Under the pieces are notes generated by a model. The model worked only from the letters and a program-made list of their open reading frames with translations, did no database searches and had not been told where the DNA came from. 64,000 nucleotides of DNA from an uncultured Rickettsiales bacterium (GTDB lineage Bacteria > Pseudomonadota > Alphaproteobacteria > Rickettsiales > SXRF01), in assembly GCA_964645205.1 (NCBI GenBank), contig CAZYBO010000004.1, forward strand, positions 177,623 through 241,622. The letters are read 5' to 3'. The position numbers were made by a program, and so were the translations under genes. The first letter of the stretch is position 1. The number at the start of each line of letters is the position of its first letter. Below are positions 1 to 8,752 of the stretch, piece after piece.

Positions 1-182
1 TGAAATGTAACGTTGGAAAAACGGATCGCGCCCTGCGCATCGTCGCCGGGCTTGCCATAATCGCCGCCGGCATCGTCACGCAAAACTGGCTGGGAGCGAT
101 AGGCTTAGTGCCCCTGCTTACCGGCATCCTACGCTGGTGCCCCGCCTACGTGCCGCTTGGGATTTCGACGGATAAAGCGTAA
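1..182 (+). CDS. DUF2892/YgaP-like small membrane protein, 5' end cut by window edge
   Basis: Frame 3 reads KCNVGKTDRALRIVAGLAIIAAGIVTQNWLGAIGLVPLLTGILRWCPAYVPLGISTDKA, with TAA at 180-182. The CNVGxxDRxxR motif followed by two hydrophobic helices and a WCP motif matches the DUF2892 pattern as I remember it. It is absent from the ORF track because the start lies outside the window. Confidence 0.6.
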   Translation, partial: KCNVGKTDRALRIVAGLAIIAAGIVTQNWLGAIGLVPLLTGILRWCPAYVPLGISTDKA

Positions 183-188
183 ACCGCC

Positions 189-410
189 TCAGCCGATCTT
201 CTTCAGGAAACAGGTTTTCAGCACGAGTCCCTTTACCTTGTCGGCGTTGCATTCGATATGCTCTTCGTCACCGGTTAGGCGGATATTCTTGATCGTGGTG
301 CCGCGCTTGAGCGTCACCGACGTGCCCTTGACCTTTAAATCCTTGATGACCTGAACGCTGTCGCCATCGCTCAACTCCGCGCCGTTGCTGTCTTTTACCT
401 TGATGTCCAT
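189..410 (-). CDS. PhnA/YjdM C-terminal-domain protein (short form lacking the zinc ribbon)
   Basis: 73-aa ORF MDIKVKDSNGAELSDGDSVQVIKDLKVKGTSVTLKRGTTIKNIRLTGDEEHIECNADKVKGLVLKTCFLKK, which resembles the PhnA C-terminal domain. ATG start at 410. Confidence 0.75.
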   Translation of the reverse strand: MDIKVKDSNGAELSDGDSVQVIKDLKVKGTSVTLKRGTTIKNIRLTGDEEHIECNADKVKGLVLKTCFLKKIG

Positions 411-424
411 ATGAAATCTTATCC

Positions 425-707
425 TTAAACGTTTAAAGCCACCGCCTGTGCACGAACATAGACGAGATAGCGCTTGATGAGATCGGCGACCGTGTATTGC
501 TTCGCCTGCGTAGTTTTGAAATAGCGGCCTTCGCGCATCGCCATTTCAGTTTGTTGCCGCCCACTGGCGGGCATCGGTTTTGCACTCGAACATGGCCGAT
601 TGAGAGGAAAAACCGCGAATGCGAATGTTCACGCGGTAGCTGGTTTTGCCGTCAGGCGTTGTCCTCCCTCGCTTCGATGGTTGCCATACGGTGCGCCCCT
701 CATGCCG
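425..707 (-). pseudogene. Tyrosine integrase remnant: N-terminal ~90 codons only, one frameshift, catalytic domain deleted
   Basis: The minus strand reads ...GRTVWQPSKRGRTTPDGKTSYRVNIRIRGFSSQSAMFECKTDARQWAATN and stops at 546-548. After a 1-nt shift it continues as (T)EMAMREGRYFKTTQAKQYTVADLIKRYLVYVRAQ and stops at 425-427. The pattern (K/R)RxxxDGxxxYxxxIRxKG...QSxxFxTKxxAxxWA...ExxxxxGRY is typical of N-termini of tRNA-associated island and phage integrases. There is no initiator codon and no R-H-R-Y catalytic region. Confidence 0.7.
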
Positions 708-831
708 AAAGACTACAAAACATGGCGGTATTATGCAATCCTCAACTTGTTTGAACACGGGTGAAGTTTGGAATAGGCGCAAGTAAATCAGTGGGATAAT
801 GCGAAGCGTTTCGTAGGGGGACAATGTAAGC

Positions 832-1899
832 CTACAGACCTGCACCGTTGACTTGAGAAATCCCATCTTCACTGTTCTTCATCATGTCTAAAATACTTTT
901 TCCATTTATCAGTGGTATGTTCATCATGGGTGCAACTAAGCAACCACTGGCGTGATTCTCATTCTGCCAGCTACGACTAACGACCCCCTTAGTAAGTACA
1001 CCACCGCCAACCAAGATTGGGCTGCCACTCATTTTGCCTGGAATTTTTGCATCAAACTCGAAATTCGGACCAGGCGTAGGGTTTTTCTTTTCAGTTATAT
1101 TGTCTGGATGAATAGTTGTCACTGCGCCAACAGAAACGATTAATTCAGGCTGATAATCATCATCTACGCCAAGCCGAATATTTCTCATTTCAGCATATCC
1201 TATTGCAACGGCGCGATCACCCAGCTTGAGATTATGTAAGCCGATATTTAACGGCTGATAAGGCCCTATAAAGGGCTGCTCCCTAACTTTACAAATTGCT
1301 ATATCAAGATCGAGCTTGAAATCAGGCTTTTGGTGTAAAAGGGGACTTTCAATTTCTCGTCCCCAATGCTGCGTCCATTCAAAAGGACACATAAACCATT
1401 TTGCTTCACGCATCTGCTGAGGAATATCAATAAAGTGAGCTGTTCGCATTGCTGGATTGACCGGCAGCATAATCCCGAACCTCAGTTTTTCGTCAAACTT
1501 ATGGGAATTCTTGTCGATCTGGGTGACACTCGCATAATTCTCATCAACTGGATCACGAAGGACATGAGCAGCAGTCATCAAAAGGCCAGAGGCACTAATG
1601 AAGAATCCAGTGCCTATGCAGCGGATTTCTTTGTCACCTTCATTCCAAGCAACAATCGGTACAATGCTCTGTCTTACTAGAAATTCCGTCGTACCAAATG
1701 AGGCGAAAAGATTATCAAGAATGAACCCTGGCCTTTGGGTCATCAAATTTATTTCGTTTTCAATTTTGAAATAGTTCTTCTGGCAGCCTTCTCGGGGTTT
1801 TAAGTCGATACCTTGCAGATCATGGATTATCCAAACGCCCGTGTCGTTTTTTCTCCAAATCGTTTTTAATATTCCGATATCATCGTGGGTTTTTGTCAC
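832..1899 (-). CDS. Trypsin-like (S1/Trypsin_2) serine protease with no signal peptide and an unknown ~100-aa N-terminal domain
   Basis: 355-aa ORF with candidate catalytic triad contexts TAAHVL (His), DLDIAICKV (Asp) and GKMSGSPILV (Ser). The start is GTG at 1899, directly after an in-frame TAA. The gene is visibly AT-richer than its neighbours. Confidence 0.8.
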   Translation of the reverse strand: MTKTHDDIGILKTIWRKNDTGVWIIHDLQGIDLKPREGCQKNYFKIENEINLMTQRPGFILDNLFASFGTTEFLVRQSIVPIVAWNEGDKEIRCIGTGFFISASGLLMTAAHVLRDPVDENYASVTQIDKNSHKFDEKLRFGIMLPVNPAMRTAHFIDIPQQMREAKWFMCPFEWTQHWGREIESPLLHQKPDFKLDLDIAICKVREQPFIGPYQPLNIGLHNLKLGDRAVAIGYAEMRNIRLGVDDDYQPELIVSVGAVTTIHPDNITEKKNPTPGPNFEFDAKIPGKMSGSPILVGGGVLTKGVVSRSWQNENHASGCLVAPMMNIPLINGKSILDMMKNSEDGISQVNGAGL

Positions 1900-1960
1900 T
1901 TATTTTCCCCAACTGTCCCAGAATTATCCCTTGAACGTTTTCGGCATTTGAACTGGGTGG

Positions 1961-2050
1961 TGGCGGATGAGGTGAGATTCGAACTCACGGTACCCTTGCG
2001 AGTACGGCAGTTTTCAAGACTGCTGCCTTAAACCACTCGGCCACTCATCC
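1961..2050 (-). tRNA. tRNA-Ser (anticodon UGA)
   Basis: The reverse complement is GGATGAGTGGCCGAGTGGTTTAAGGCAGCAGTCTTGAAAACTGCCGTACTCGCAAGGGTACCGTGAGTTCGAATCTCACCTCATCCGCCA. It has acceptor GGATGAG/CTCATCC, anticodon stem GCAGT/ACTGC with loop CTTGAAA, a long variable arm, the T-loop GTTCGAATC, and an encoded CCA. Confidence 0.95.
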
Positions 2051-2107
2051 GTATCGGTCTGCAATAGCAAAACTATGGGGGGAACACCACTATTCTTTAA
2101 TGAGGGG

Positions 2108-2740
2108 CTATGCCTGCATCTTGCGGGGGCGGAACAGCGTTTTGACAAGGATCGTCCGCACAGCGAGAGTAGCGAGGGCAGACAGGACGATGCTGCCTGC
2201 CACGTCCGCCGGGAAATGGACGCCCAGCGATATGCGCGAAATCCCCACCCACAGCACGAGCAGCACGGCGATGCCCCTGCCGTAGCCGCCGAGGAGCGGC
2301 CACAGGCCTGCGGCCATGAGCGTGGCGAAGCTGGTATGGCCGCTGGGGAAGCTGACCAGCGGGTCTTCAGACAGGCGCACGCTGTCCATGATGCGCACGC
2401 TTCCTTCGGGCAGGGCGGCAAACGGCCTGGGGAACTGGAATGTTTCCTTAAGCTCCATAACCCACAGGAGCGAAAGCAGGTAGGCGACCAGCAAGGTGGC
2501 GAGGCAGACGCCCCAGTCCATCAGGCGGTGCGGAGGTTCGGACGGTTTTCTTACCCTGACAAGGTCGTACCAGGCGATGATGCCGATAATCACGCCATAA
2601 ACGGGGAAAATCCTGTATTCGCCCACATGCGAAGCCAGCAACATAAGCGCGTCGCTCGCCGGATTGCCCGCATGGTTGATCAGATAAAAAATCTTTTCGT
2701 TCAGCCCACCCCAATCGTAGGCAATCGCTTTAAACTGCAC
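2108..2740 (-). CDS. PAP2-family phosphatase (membrane)
   Basis: 210 aa and multi-TM. It carries the PAP2 motifs PSGHTSF and SRISLGVHFPADV. GTG start. Confidence 0.85.
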   Translation of the reverse strand: MQFKAIAYDWGGLNEKIFYLINHAGNPASDALMLLASHVGEYRIFPVYGVIIGIIAWYDLVRVRKPSEPPHRLMDWGVCLATLLVAYLLSLLWVMELKETFQFPRPFAALPEGSVRIMDSVRLSEDPLVSFPSGHTSFATLMAAGLWPLLGGYGRGIAVLLVLWVGISRISLGVHFPADVAGSIVLSALATLAVRTILVKTLFRPRKMQA

Positions 2741-2791
2741 AAGCGTATCGCTCCTGAGAACAGGTGGCCAAGCGGAAACCGAAAGTGGAAA

Positions 2792-3115
2792 TTACTTCTT
2801 CGCCGCGGCGCGTGCCTTCTTTGCGTCACGCTCAGCTTGGAACTCAGCGGCGCTTACTTTGCCGTCGCTGTTAGCATCGAGTTCCTTAAAGCGCTTTTCG
2901 GGCTTTGCGAGGAATTCCTGCTTGCTGATGAAGCCGTCATTATCCGTATCGCCACGGAGGCGACCCGTTTTCGCGGCTTTACCGGTAGCGGCGGGCGCAG
3001 TTGCCGGCTTTGCGGCTGCGGGCGCAGCGGCGGGTGCGGCAGGTTCGGCGGCCAGTGCCTGCATCGGGAGTAGCGACACCCCGCAAACGGCAACAATTTT
3101 AGCAAATGTACGCAT
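2792..3115 (-). CDS. Secreted EF-hand calcium-binding protein
   Basis: Signal peptide MRTFAKIVAVCGVSLLPMQALA, then an Ala/Pro-rich linker, then two EF-hand loops (DTDNDGFISKQEF and DANSDGKVSAAEF). Confidence 0.85.
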   Translation of the reverse strand: MRTFAKIVAVCGVSLLPMQALAAEPAAPAAAPAAAKPATAPAATGKAAKTGRLRGDTDNDGFISKQEFLAKPEKRFKELDANSDGKVSAAEFQAERDAKKARAAAKK

Positions 3116-3214
3116 AAGTCAGGCTCCTTGGGTTACGATGGGTTAGGATAGATGATTCGGCGCATTATACGGCACTCTTACGAAAATCCCACAAAAATAT
3201 TCGCAACTGCGAAA

Positions 3215-3580
3215 TTAAGCAGCGCTCTCCAGCAAACCGCCCAGGCTGCGCCCGCCTAAGACATGCACATGGAAGTGGGCAACGCTCTGGGAAGCGTCCG
3301 CCCCGTGGTTGCTGATAATGCGGTAGCCGTCATCCGCAAGGTGAAGCGCCTGCGCCACCTGACGCACGGCGGCGAAGTATCCCTGCACGAACCCTGCGGG
3401 CGCGCGTTCCATGAAATCGTGAAACGACACATACTCGCCCTTCGGCACGACCAGCACATGCACCGGCGCGGCGGGGGCGATGTCCTCGAACGCCAGCGCG
3501 TAGTCGTCTTCATACATTTTTTTGCAGGGAATCTCCCCGCGCAGGATGCGGGCGAAGATGTTGGTCTTATCGTAGGCCAT
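3215..3580 (-). CDS. HIT-family (HinT-like) nucleotide hydrolase
   Basis: Histidine triad HFHVHVLGG. I moved the start to ATG 3580 because GAGGTG lies a few nt upstream; the track's start at 3586 is a GTG. Confidence 0.85.
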   Translation of the reverse strand: MAYDKTNIFARILRGEIPCKKMYEDDYALAFEDIAPAAPVHVLVVPKGEYVSFHDFMERAPAGFVQGYFAAVRQVAQALHLADDGYRIISNHGADASQSVAHFHVHVLGGRSLGGLLESAA

Positions 3581-3587
3581 GGGCACC

Positions 3588-4184
3588 TCAATCTATGCGG
3601 CAGGCTTCGCTGAAGGACAGGCGCGGGCCGCGCGGGTAGAGTTTCGAGGCGTCGCCATAGCCGAGATTACACAGGAAGTTGGATTTGATGTTGGTGACGG
3701 GGAAAAACGCCGCGTCCACTTTCGCGTTGTTGAATCCCGACATCGGGCCGCAATCCAACCCCAGCGCACGCGTCGCCAGCATAAGATACGCGCCCTGCAG
3801 CGAGGAGTTGCGGAACGCGGCGGCTTCGATGCTGGCAGGCTTGCCCGCGAACCAGCTGCGCGCGTCCTTGTTGTGCGGAAAGAGCACGGGGAGTTTTTCG
3901 TAGAATTCCATGTCCTGCGCGATGATGGCGGTGACCGGCGCGGCCATGGTTTTAGCGACATTCCCCGCATCGAGGCACGGTTTCAGCAGCTCCTTGGCGG
4001 CCTGCGATTTCACGAACACTACGCGCATCGGCAGGCAATTGGAAGAGGTCGCGCCCATTTTCGCGAGGTCGTAGATTTGCATGAGCAGGTCGTCTTCCAC
4101 CGGCTTGTCGAGCCATGCGCTGTGGGTGCGCGCTTTGCGAAAAATCGTATCGAGTGCGTCGTCGCTGAGGTTGGCCATGATCAT
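3588..4184 (-). CDS. Nitroreductase-family protein, RutE/YdjA-like (malonic semialdehyde reductase-like)
   Basis: 198 aa. The N-terminus [55 protein letters not shown] resembles RutE-type nitroreductases. There is a 4-nt overlap with the hisE stop. Confidence 0.7.
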   Translation of the reverse strand: MIMANLSDDALDTIFRKARTHSAWLDKPVEDDLLMQIYDLAKMGATSSNCLPMRVVFVKSQAAKELLKPCLDAGNVAKTMAAPVTAIIAQDMEFYEKLPVLFPHNKDARSWFAGKPASIEAAAFRNSSLQGAYLMLATRALGLDCGPMSGFNNAKVDAAFFPVTNIKSNFLCNLGYGDASKLYPRGPRLSFSEACRID

Positions 4185-4510
4185 TTATCCTTTATCGCGC
4201 GCGCGGCTTTTTCATCGAGGCCGGAGATGCTGGTGCGGCGTTCCAGCTCCGCCATCACGTCCTGCGGGCTTACCCCGGCATCGGCCAGCAACAGCAGCCA
4301 ATGGAAAATCATGTCGGCGCTTTCGTTGATGACTTCCTGCTTGTTTTTTTGCATCGCGGCGATGATGGTTTCCACCGATTCCTCCCCGAATTTCTGTGCG
4401 ATTTTCGCGGTGCCTTGCTTGAAGCGCTTAGCGACATAGGAGAATTCCGGATCGGCCTTGCGGCGCTCCATCACCACGGCAAAAAGGTCGTCGAGTATAT
4501 TGGCGGGCAT
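4181..4510 (-). CDS. hisE: Phosphoribosyl-ATP pyrophosphohydrolase
   Basis: ~109 aa with a MazG-like fold sequence: [29 protein letters not shown]...[14 protein letters not shown]. The ATG overlaps the hisF TGA (TGATG). Confidence 0.9.
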   Translation of the reverse strand: MPANILDDLFAVVMERRKADPEFSYVAKRFKQGTAKIAQKFGEESVETIIAAMQKNKQEVINESADMIFHWLLLLADAGVSPQDVMAELERRTSISGLDEKAARAIKDK

Positions 4511-5268
4511 CACATCCTCACGGGAATGGCGGCGTTCTGTAACGCCTGTTTTACTTCATGAATCGTAAATACGCCATAGTGAAAAACGGAGGCTGCCAGC
4601 ACCGCGTCCGCCTTGCCCAGCTGCACGGCGTCCACCGCGTGCTGCAGCGTGCCGATGCCGCCGGAGGCGATCACGGGAACGGACACCGCCTGCGATACGG
4701 CGCGGGTTAAATCCAGATGCACGCCCTGCTTGGTACCGTCGCGATCCATCGAGGTGAGCAATATCTCCCCTGCCCCGAGCGCCGCCATTTTTTTCGCCCA
4801 CTCCACCGCGTCGATACCGGTTGCATTGCGCCCGCCATGCGTGAAAATCTCGTATTTTCCGGGTGCAGTCTGCTTCGCATCGATCGCCACGGTGATGCAT
4901 TGCGAGCCGAATTTTGCCGCCGCCTCGCCCACGAATTCCGGTCGCTTCACCGCCTCGCTGTTGATGGATACCTTGTCCGCGCCCGCCAGCAGCAGGTTGC
5001 GAATATCGTCGAGCTTGCGCACCCCGCCGCCCACCGTCAATGGCATGAAGCATTGCTCGGCCACGGCGGAAATCACGTTATACAGAATCGAGCGGTTGTC
5101 GCTGGTAGCCGTAATATCAAGGAAACACAGCTCATCCGCGCCTTGCGCATCATACAGTTTCGCCTGCTCCACCGGATCGCCCGCATCGCGCAGCTCCACG
5201 AAATTCACGCCTTTGACCACACGGCCGTTATGTACGTCTAAGCAGGGGATGATGCGGGTTTTTAGCAT
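4510..5268 (-). CDS. hisF: Imidazole glycerol phosphate synthase, cyclase subunit
   Basis: 252 aa: [23 protein letters not shown]...ADKVSINS...ASGGIG. This is a canonical HisF. Confidence 0.95.
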   Translation of the reverse strand: MLKTRIIPCLDVHNGRVVKGVNFVELRDAGDPVEQAKLYDAQGADELCFLDITATSDNRSILYNVISAVAEQCFMPLTVGGGVRKLDDIRNLLLAGADKVSINSEAVKRPEFVGEAAAKFGSQCITVAIDAKQTAPGKYEIFTHGGRNATGIDAVEWAKKMAALGAGEILLTSMDRDGTKQGVHLDLTRAVSQAVSVPVIASGGIGTLQHAVDAVQLGKADAVLAASVFHYGVFTIHEVKQALQNAAIPVRM

Positions 5269-5981
5269 AGCTTCAGCGCCTCTTCCGGCATGATAGCCCT
5301 GTCATAGAGGGCGCGGCCGATGATGACGCCTTCGATACCGGATGCTTCGTGTTTTTTATAAGCGCGGATATCTTCCAATGAGCTGACGCCGCCGGAGGCA
5401 ATGACGGGGATGGATATTTGTTCCGCCAGCGTAACGGTTTCTTCGACGTTGGAGCCTTTCATGGCGCCGTCGCGTGCGATGTCGGTGTAGATGACGGCGC
5501 AGACGCCGGCGTCTTCGAATTTTTTGGCGAGGTCGGTGGCCAGCATGTCGGAGAGTTCCGCCCAGCCTTCTACCGCCACCCTGCCCTGCTTGGCGTCGAT
5601 GCCCACGGCCACGCGGCCGGGAAAGGCGCGGCAAGCGTCTTTGACCAGCTGTGGGTCGCGCAGCGCCACGGTGCCTAAGATCACGCGTGCGATACCTGCG
5701 TCGAGCCAGTATTCGACCATGCCCATACTGCGGATGCCGCCGCCTAATTGCACCGGCATTTTAATATGTGCGAGGATAGATTTCACCGCCTCTTCGTTCA
5801 CCGGTTTGCCCGCAAACGCGCCGTTCAAATCCACCACATGCAGCCACGAAAATCCCGCGCGCTCGAACAATCGGGCTTGGTCGGCGGGGCTTGAGGAAAA
5901 GACCGTAGCCTTGTCCATTTCACCCTGCAGCAGGCGGACGCATTTGCCGTCTTTCAGGTCGATGGCAGGATAGAGGATCAT
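5262..5981 (-). CDS. hisA: ProFAR isomerase
   Basis: [17 protein letters not shown]... with the RBS GGAGAAGGAAAGG just upstream of ATG 5981. The 35-codon N-terminal extension in the track runs through a palindromic repeat, so I discarded it. Confidence 0.93.
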   Translation of the reverse strand: MILYPAIDLKDGKCVRLLQGEMDKATVFSSSPADQARLFERAGFSWLHVVDLNGAFAGKPVNEEAVKSILAHIKMPVQLGGGIRSMGMVEYWLDAGIARVILGTVALRDPQLVKDACRAFPGRVAVGIDAKQGRVAVEGWAELSDMLATDLAKKFEDAGVCAVIYTDIARDGAMKGSNVEETVTLAEQISIPVIASGGVSSLEDIRAYKKHEASGIEGVIIGRALYDRAIMPEEALKLC

Positions 5982-5989
5982 GTCCTTTC

Positions 5990-6097
5990 CTTCTCCTCCC
6001 CCCTTGTGGGGGAGGTTGGGGAGGGGGGGAACTCTCCGCGTGCCGGTGCGTTGATAGAGCCCCCTCTCCCTAACCCTCCCCCACAAGGGGGGAGGGA
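5990..6097. repeat. G/C-rich REP-like palindromic element (imperfect inverted repeat, ~35-bp arms, ~30-bp spacer)
   Basis: Left arm: CCTCCCCCCTTGTGGGGGAGGTTGGGGAGGGGGG (about 5995-6028). Right arm: CCCCTCTCCCTAACCCTCCCCCACAAGGGGGGAGGG (about 6061-6096). The reverse complement of the right arm matches the left arm, with a few mismatches. When read through, it translates as the artefactual [12 protein letters not shown]. Confidence 0.8.
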
Positions 6098-6114
6098 ATA
6101 TAATGGATACATCA

Positions 6115-6648
6115 TCATGTAATCATCGAAATCGGCTCAAGGTTCTTATAGTAAAACCGGCCTGCGATCATGGTGGCGTTGACAAATTCATAGGCTGGGA
6201 GCACGCCCCAGCACGCGTATTTATTTTCCTCGTAGAGCTTGATCGCCGCTTCCTGCGTAGCGCGCACGGAAAGCCGCAGCACGGAGAATCCCTGCGCCCG
6301 GGCTTCGCGCTCGGCGGCTTCCAACAGTTGGCGGGCAAGGCCGTGACCGCGCGCCCACGGTGCGACGAAATGCGCTTCCATCGAGGCGGCAAATGACGAG
6401 GTTTCCTTGCTCGGCCCCGGCTTTACCAACTGGATGCTAGCGGCCAGCGTGCCGTCGAGACGGCCTGCGAACAGCACGCGCTCAGGCACGACCAGCACGC
6501 CTTTCCAGTAGGTTTCGAGGATGTCTTTTCCCGGCGGCACCAGCCAGTTGAAGCCGATGCCGTCGCGGATGGCGTCCTCGGTGGCCTGCACCAGCTCGGT
6601 TAAATCGGCATGGCGGAATTCGGTGATACGTTCTACGCGGGTGACCAT
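6115..6648 (-). CDS. GNAT-family N-acetyltransferase
   Basis: 177 aa. The acetyl-CoA binding region is [35 protein letters not shown] (Q/RxxGxG/A-type motif). Confidence 0.85.
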   Translation of the reverse strand: MVTRVERITEFRHADLTELVQATEDAIRDGIGFNWLVPPGKDILETYWKGVLVVPERVLFAGRLDGTLAASIQLVKPGPSKETSSFAASMEAHFVAPWARGHGLARQLLEAAEREARAQGFSVLRLSVRATQEAAIKLYEENKYACWGVLPAYEFVNATMIAGRFYYKNLEPISMIT

Positions 6649-6650
6649 GC

Positions 6651-7262
6651 TTACATCTTTACAAAATTCTCAAGCAGCCTAAGGCCGGTCGCCTGACTTT
6701 TTTCCGGGTGGAACTGCGTGCCCATGATATTACCCTGCCCTACCACCGCCGCAAGCGTTTGTCCATACTCGCAGGTGGCGATGATGTCGGAAGCGTTTTT
6801 GCATTGTGCGTGGTAGCTGTGCACGAAATAGGCATGTGCGCCGGGTGCGATGCCGTCGAGCAGCGGATGAGCGTGCGGAAATTGCAGCTCGTTCCAGCCC
6901 ATGTGGGGGATTTTCATGCCGGGCTTTGCGGCAAGCGGCACCACTTCGCCCGCGAGCCAGCCCAAGCCCCTATGCACGCCGTGCTCGTGACCGGTTTCAA
7001 ACAGCATCTGCATGCCAACGCACACGCCTAAAAACATTTTTTTGCGTTGCAGGATTTGTTCGCTGAGCGCATCGAGCATGCCCGGAATGGCGGTAAGCCC
7101 CGCCATGCAATCGGCAAACGCGCCGACGCCCGGCAGCACGATGTGGCTGGCGTTGCGCAAGGCGGCAGGATTGCTGGTCACCTCGACCGCCTTCGTCACG
7201 CGCGCAAACGCCTTGGCGACGGAGCGCAAATTGCCGGAGCCGTAATCGATGATGGCGAGCAT
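6651..7262 (-). CDS. hisH: Imidazole glycerol phosphate synthase, glutaminase subunit
   Basis: MLAIIDYGSGNLRSV...LPGVGAF...GVCVGMQML...HSY. Start set at ATG 7262; the upstream 50 codons of the track ORF are not HisH-like. Confidence 0.93.
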   Translation of the reverse strand: MLAIIDYGSGNLRSVAKAFARVTKAVEVTSNPAALRNASHIVLPGVGAFADCMAGLTAIPGMLDALSEQILQRKKMFLGVCVGMQMLFETGHEHGVHRGLGWLAGEVVPLAAKPGMKIPHMGWNELQFPHAHPLLDGIAPGAHAYFVHSYHAQCKNASDIIATCEYGQTLAAVVGQGNIMGTQFHPEKSQATGLRLLENFVKM

Positions 7263-7263
7263 G

Positions 7264-7641
7264 TTATGCAGGTGCGAGGCTGCGCTCGAAATAGCGCTGC
7301 TGTGCGCGCAGCAAATTGTCGGACACGGAAATATCGGCGGTGATGTAGCCCTGACGCGTAAGCCGCGCGCGCAGCCAATCGTTCGCGTGGAAGCCGACAA
7401 GCGCCTGCACACCGAGCTGCATGATGCCCACGCTGTTGGAGCTGATAATATGCTCCGTGCCCAGCGTAATCAGCACAGCGTTGGCGGTTACGACGCACAG
7501 CGCATGCAACCACAGGCGCTGGTACAGCAACCAGAATACCGTGAGCAGGAAAGCGGGAATGTTGAACCCTTCGCGCACGAATACCGGCTTTTGCCGGGCA
7601 TTTGCGTTAGACGGGTTGACATGCACGGTATAAATTTTCAT
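7264..7641 (-). CDS. DUF2628 membrane protein, in the position conserved between hisB and hisH in alphaproteobacteria
   Basis: MKIYTVHVNPSNANARQKPVFVREGFNIPAFLLTVFWLLYQRLWLHAL matches the DUF2628 N-terminal pattern. Start set at ATG 7641. Confidence 0.75.
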   Translation of the reverse strand: MKIYTVHVNPSNANARQKPVFVREGFNIPAFLLTVFWLLYQRLWLHALCVVTANAVLITLGTEHIISSNSVGIMQLGVQALVGFHANDWLRARLTRQGYITADISVSDNLLRAQQRYFERSLAPA

Positions 7642-7652
7642 CCCAAGCAGGC

Positions 7653-8252
7653 TCACAGGCTACCTCCCAACGTTCCCTTGGTAGAGGGGATGTCGTCGGA
7701 TTTGCGCGGGTCGATAGCGGTGGCGGTGCGCAGGCAACGCGCCAGGCCTTTGAAGCAGGATTCGACGATATGATGATTGTTCACGCCGTAGAGATTTTCC
7801 ACATGCAGCGTAGCGCCCGCGGCAAACGCAAAGGCCTGGAACCATTCGCGGAACAGTTCGGTGTCCATCTCGCCCAGCTTCGGCTTGGTGAATTCCACTT
7901 TCCAGATGAAATACGGCCTGCCGGAAATATCGATCGCCACGCGTGACAGCGTTTCGTCCATCGGAATATACGCATGCGCATAGCGCGTGATGCCCTTACG
8001 CTCACCGAGCGCCTTGGCGAACGCCTCGCCGATGGCGATGCCGGTATCTTCGGTGGTGTGGTGGTAGTCGATATGCAGATCGCCCTTGGCGGTGAGTTTG
8101 AGGTCGATCAGGCTATGGCGCGAGAGCTGTTCCATCATGTGGTCGAGAAAACCGATGCCAGTGGAGACTTCATACTTCCCCGTACCGTCGAGGTTGATCT
8201 CGACGGAAATCTGGGTTTCGTTGGTTTTACGTTCGACTTTGGCCGTGCGCAT
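7653..8252 (-). CDS. hisB: Imidazoleglycerol-phosphate dehydratase
   Basis: 199 aa: [18 protein letters not shown]...GFLDHM...[14 protein letters not shown]...NNHHIVES. This is a canonical HisB. Confidence 0.95.
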   Translation of the reverse strand: MRTAKVERKTNETQISVEINLDGTGKYEVSTGIGFLDHMMEQLSRHSLIDLKLTAKGDLHIDYHHTTEDTGIAIGEAFAKALGERKGITRYAHAYIPMDETLSRVAIDISGRPYFIWKVEFTKPKLGEMDTELFREWFQAFAFAAGATLHVENLYGVNNHHIVESCFKGLARCLRTATAIDPRKSDDIPSTKGTLGGSL

Positions 8253-8332
8253 GGCGTTCTCCTCTGGACAAGCGGTGATTTTTAACAGAAAATGCAGTAA
8301 TTACAAGCAATCCGTTGATAATCTCAGGACTT

Positions 8333-8752
8333 ATGGCTGATAATGAAGAAACCTATCGCCAGATAGAAGACGGCATGAACCAGTACCTCGACCAACGGTT
8401 TGGAAAACCGTGGCTTACCCCCGCCCAGATGACGCTACTCGTACGTTCGCAGGCGGCAAGGGAACTGGTCGAGGCAGGAGATGCGGCGGAAGCAACAAGA
8501 ATAAAGACACAGCTCAATGACGGCGCACACTGGACGGCACCAACAGAAGAATCCATAACCGTAAAAAATGAAAAACTAGCGGCGTTCCGCCACCAGATTG
8601 GCATAATTCTTGGCATTTCAGATGAAGATTTAGAGAGACAAATCAAGGAGCAAGCCATGAATCTCAATGCCCGCAACGGTTACGTGGATTTAATGATGGC
8701 CGTGGTAAACCATTGGAAACCGGATCCAGAAATGCGGCGATCGAATAGCTAG
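8333..8752 (+). CDS. Hypothetical acidic protein
   Basis: ORF from ATG 8333 (MADNEETYRQIEDGMNQY...). The track start at 8315 is a TTG. I recognise no motif. GC-rich third codon positions favour this frame. Confidence 0.5.
   Translation: MADNEETYRQIEDGMNQYLDQRFGKPWLTPAQMTLLVRSQAARELVEAGDAAEATRIKTQLNDGAHWTAPTEESITVKNEKLAAFRHQIGIILGISDEDLERQIKEQAMNLNARNGYVDLMMAVVNHWKPDPEMRRSNS

Noticed and set aside
411-1960. Search for a direct repeat of the tRNA-Ser 3' end (attL/attR) bounding the AT-rich islet
   Set aside because: By eye I could find no copy of the tRNA 3' segment (GATTCGAACTCAC...) near 411-440 or 780-840. Island borders therefore remain undefined, and I claim only a decayed remnant.
5982-6086. 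N-terminal extension of the hisA ORF ([35 protein letters not shown])
   Set aside because: It is encoded by the palindromic repeat. A canonical HisA N-terminus with a good RBS starts at 5981. The same logic was applied to the extended track ORFs for hisH (7263-7412), lptG (9850-10038), lptF (10961-11161), mlaD (48592-48642) and the second GNAT gene (39200-39454).
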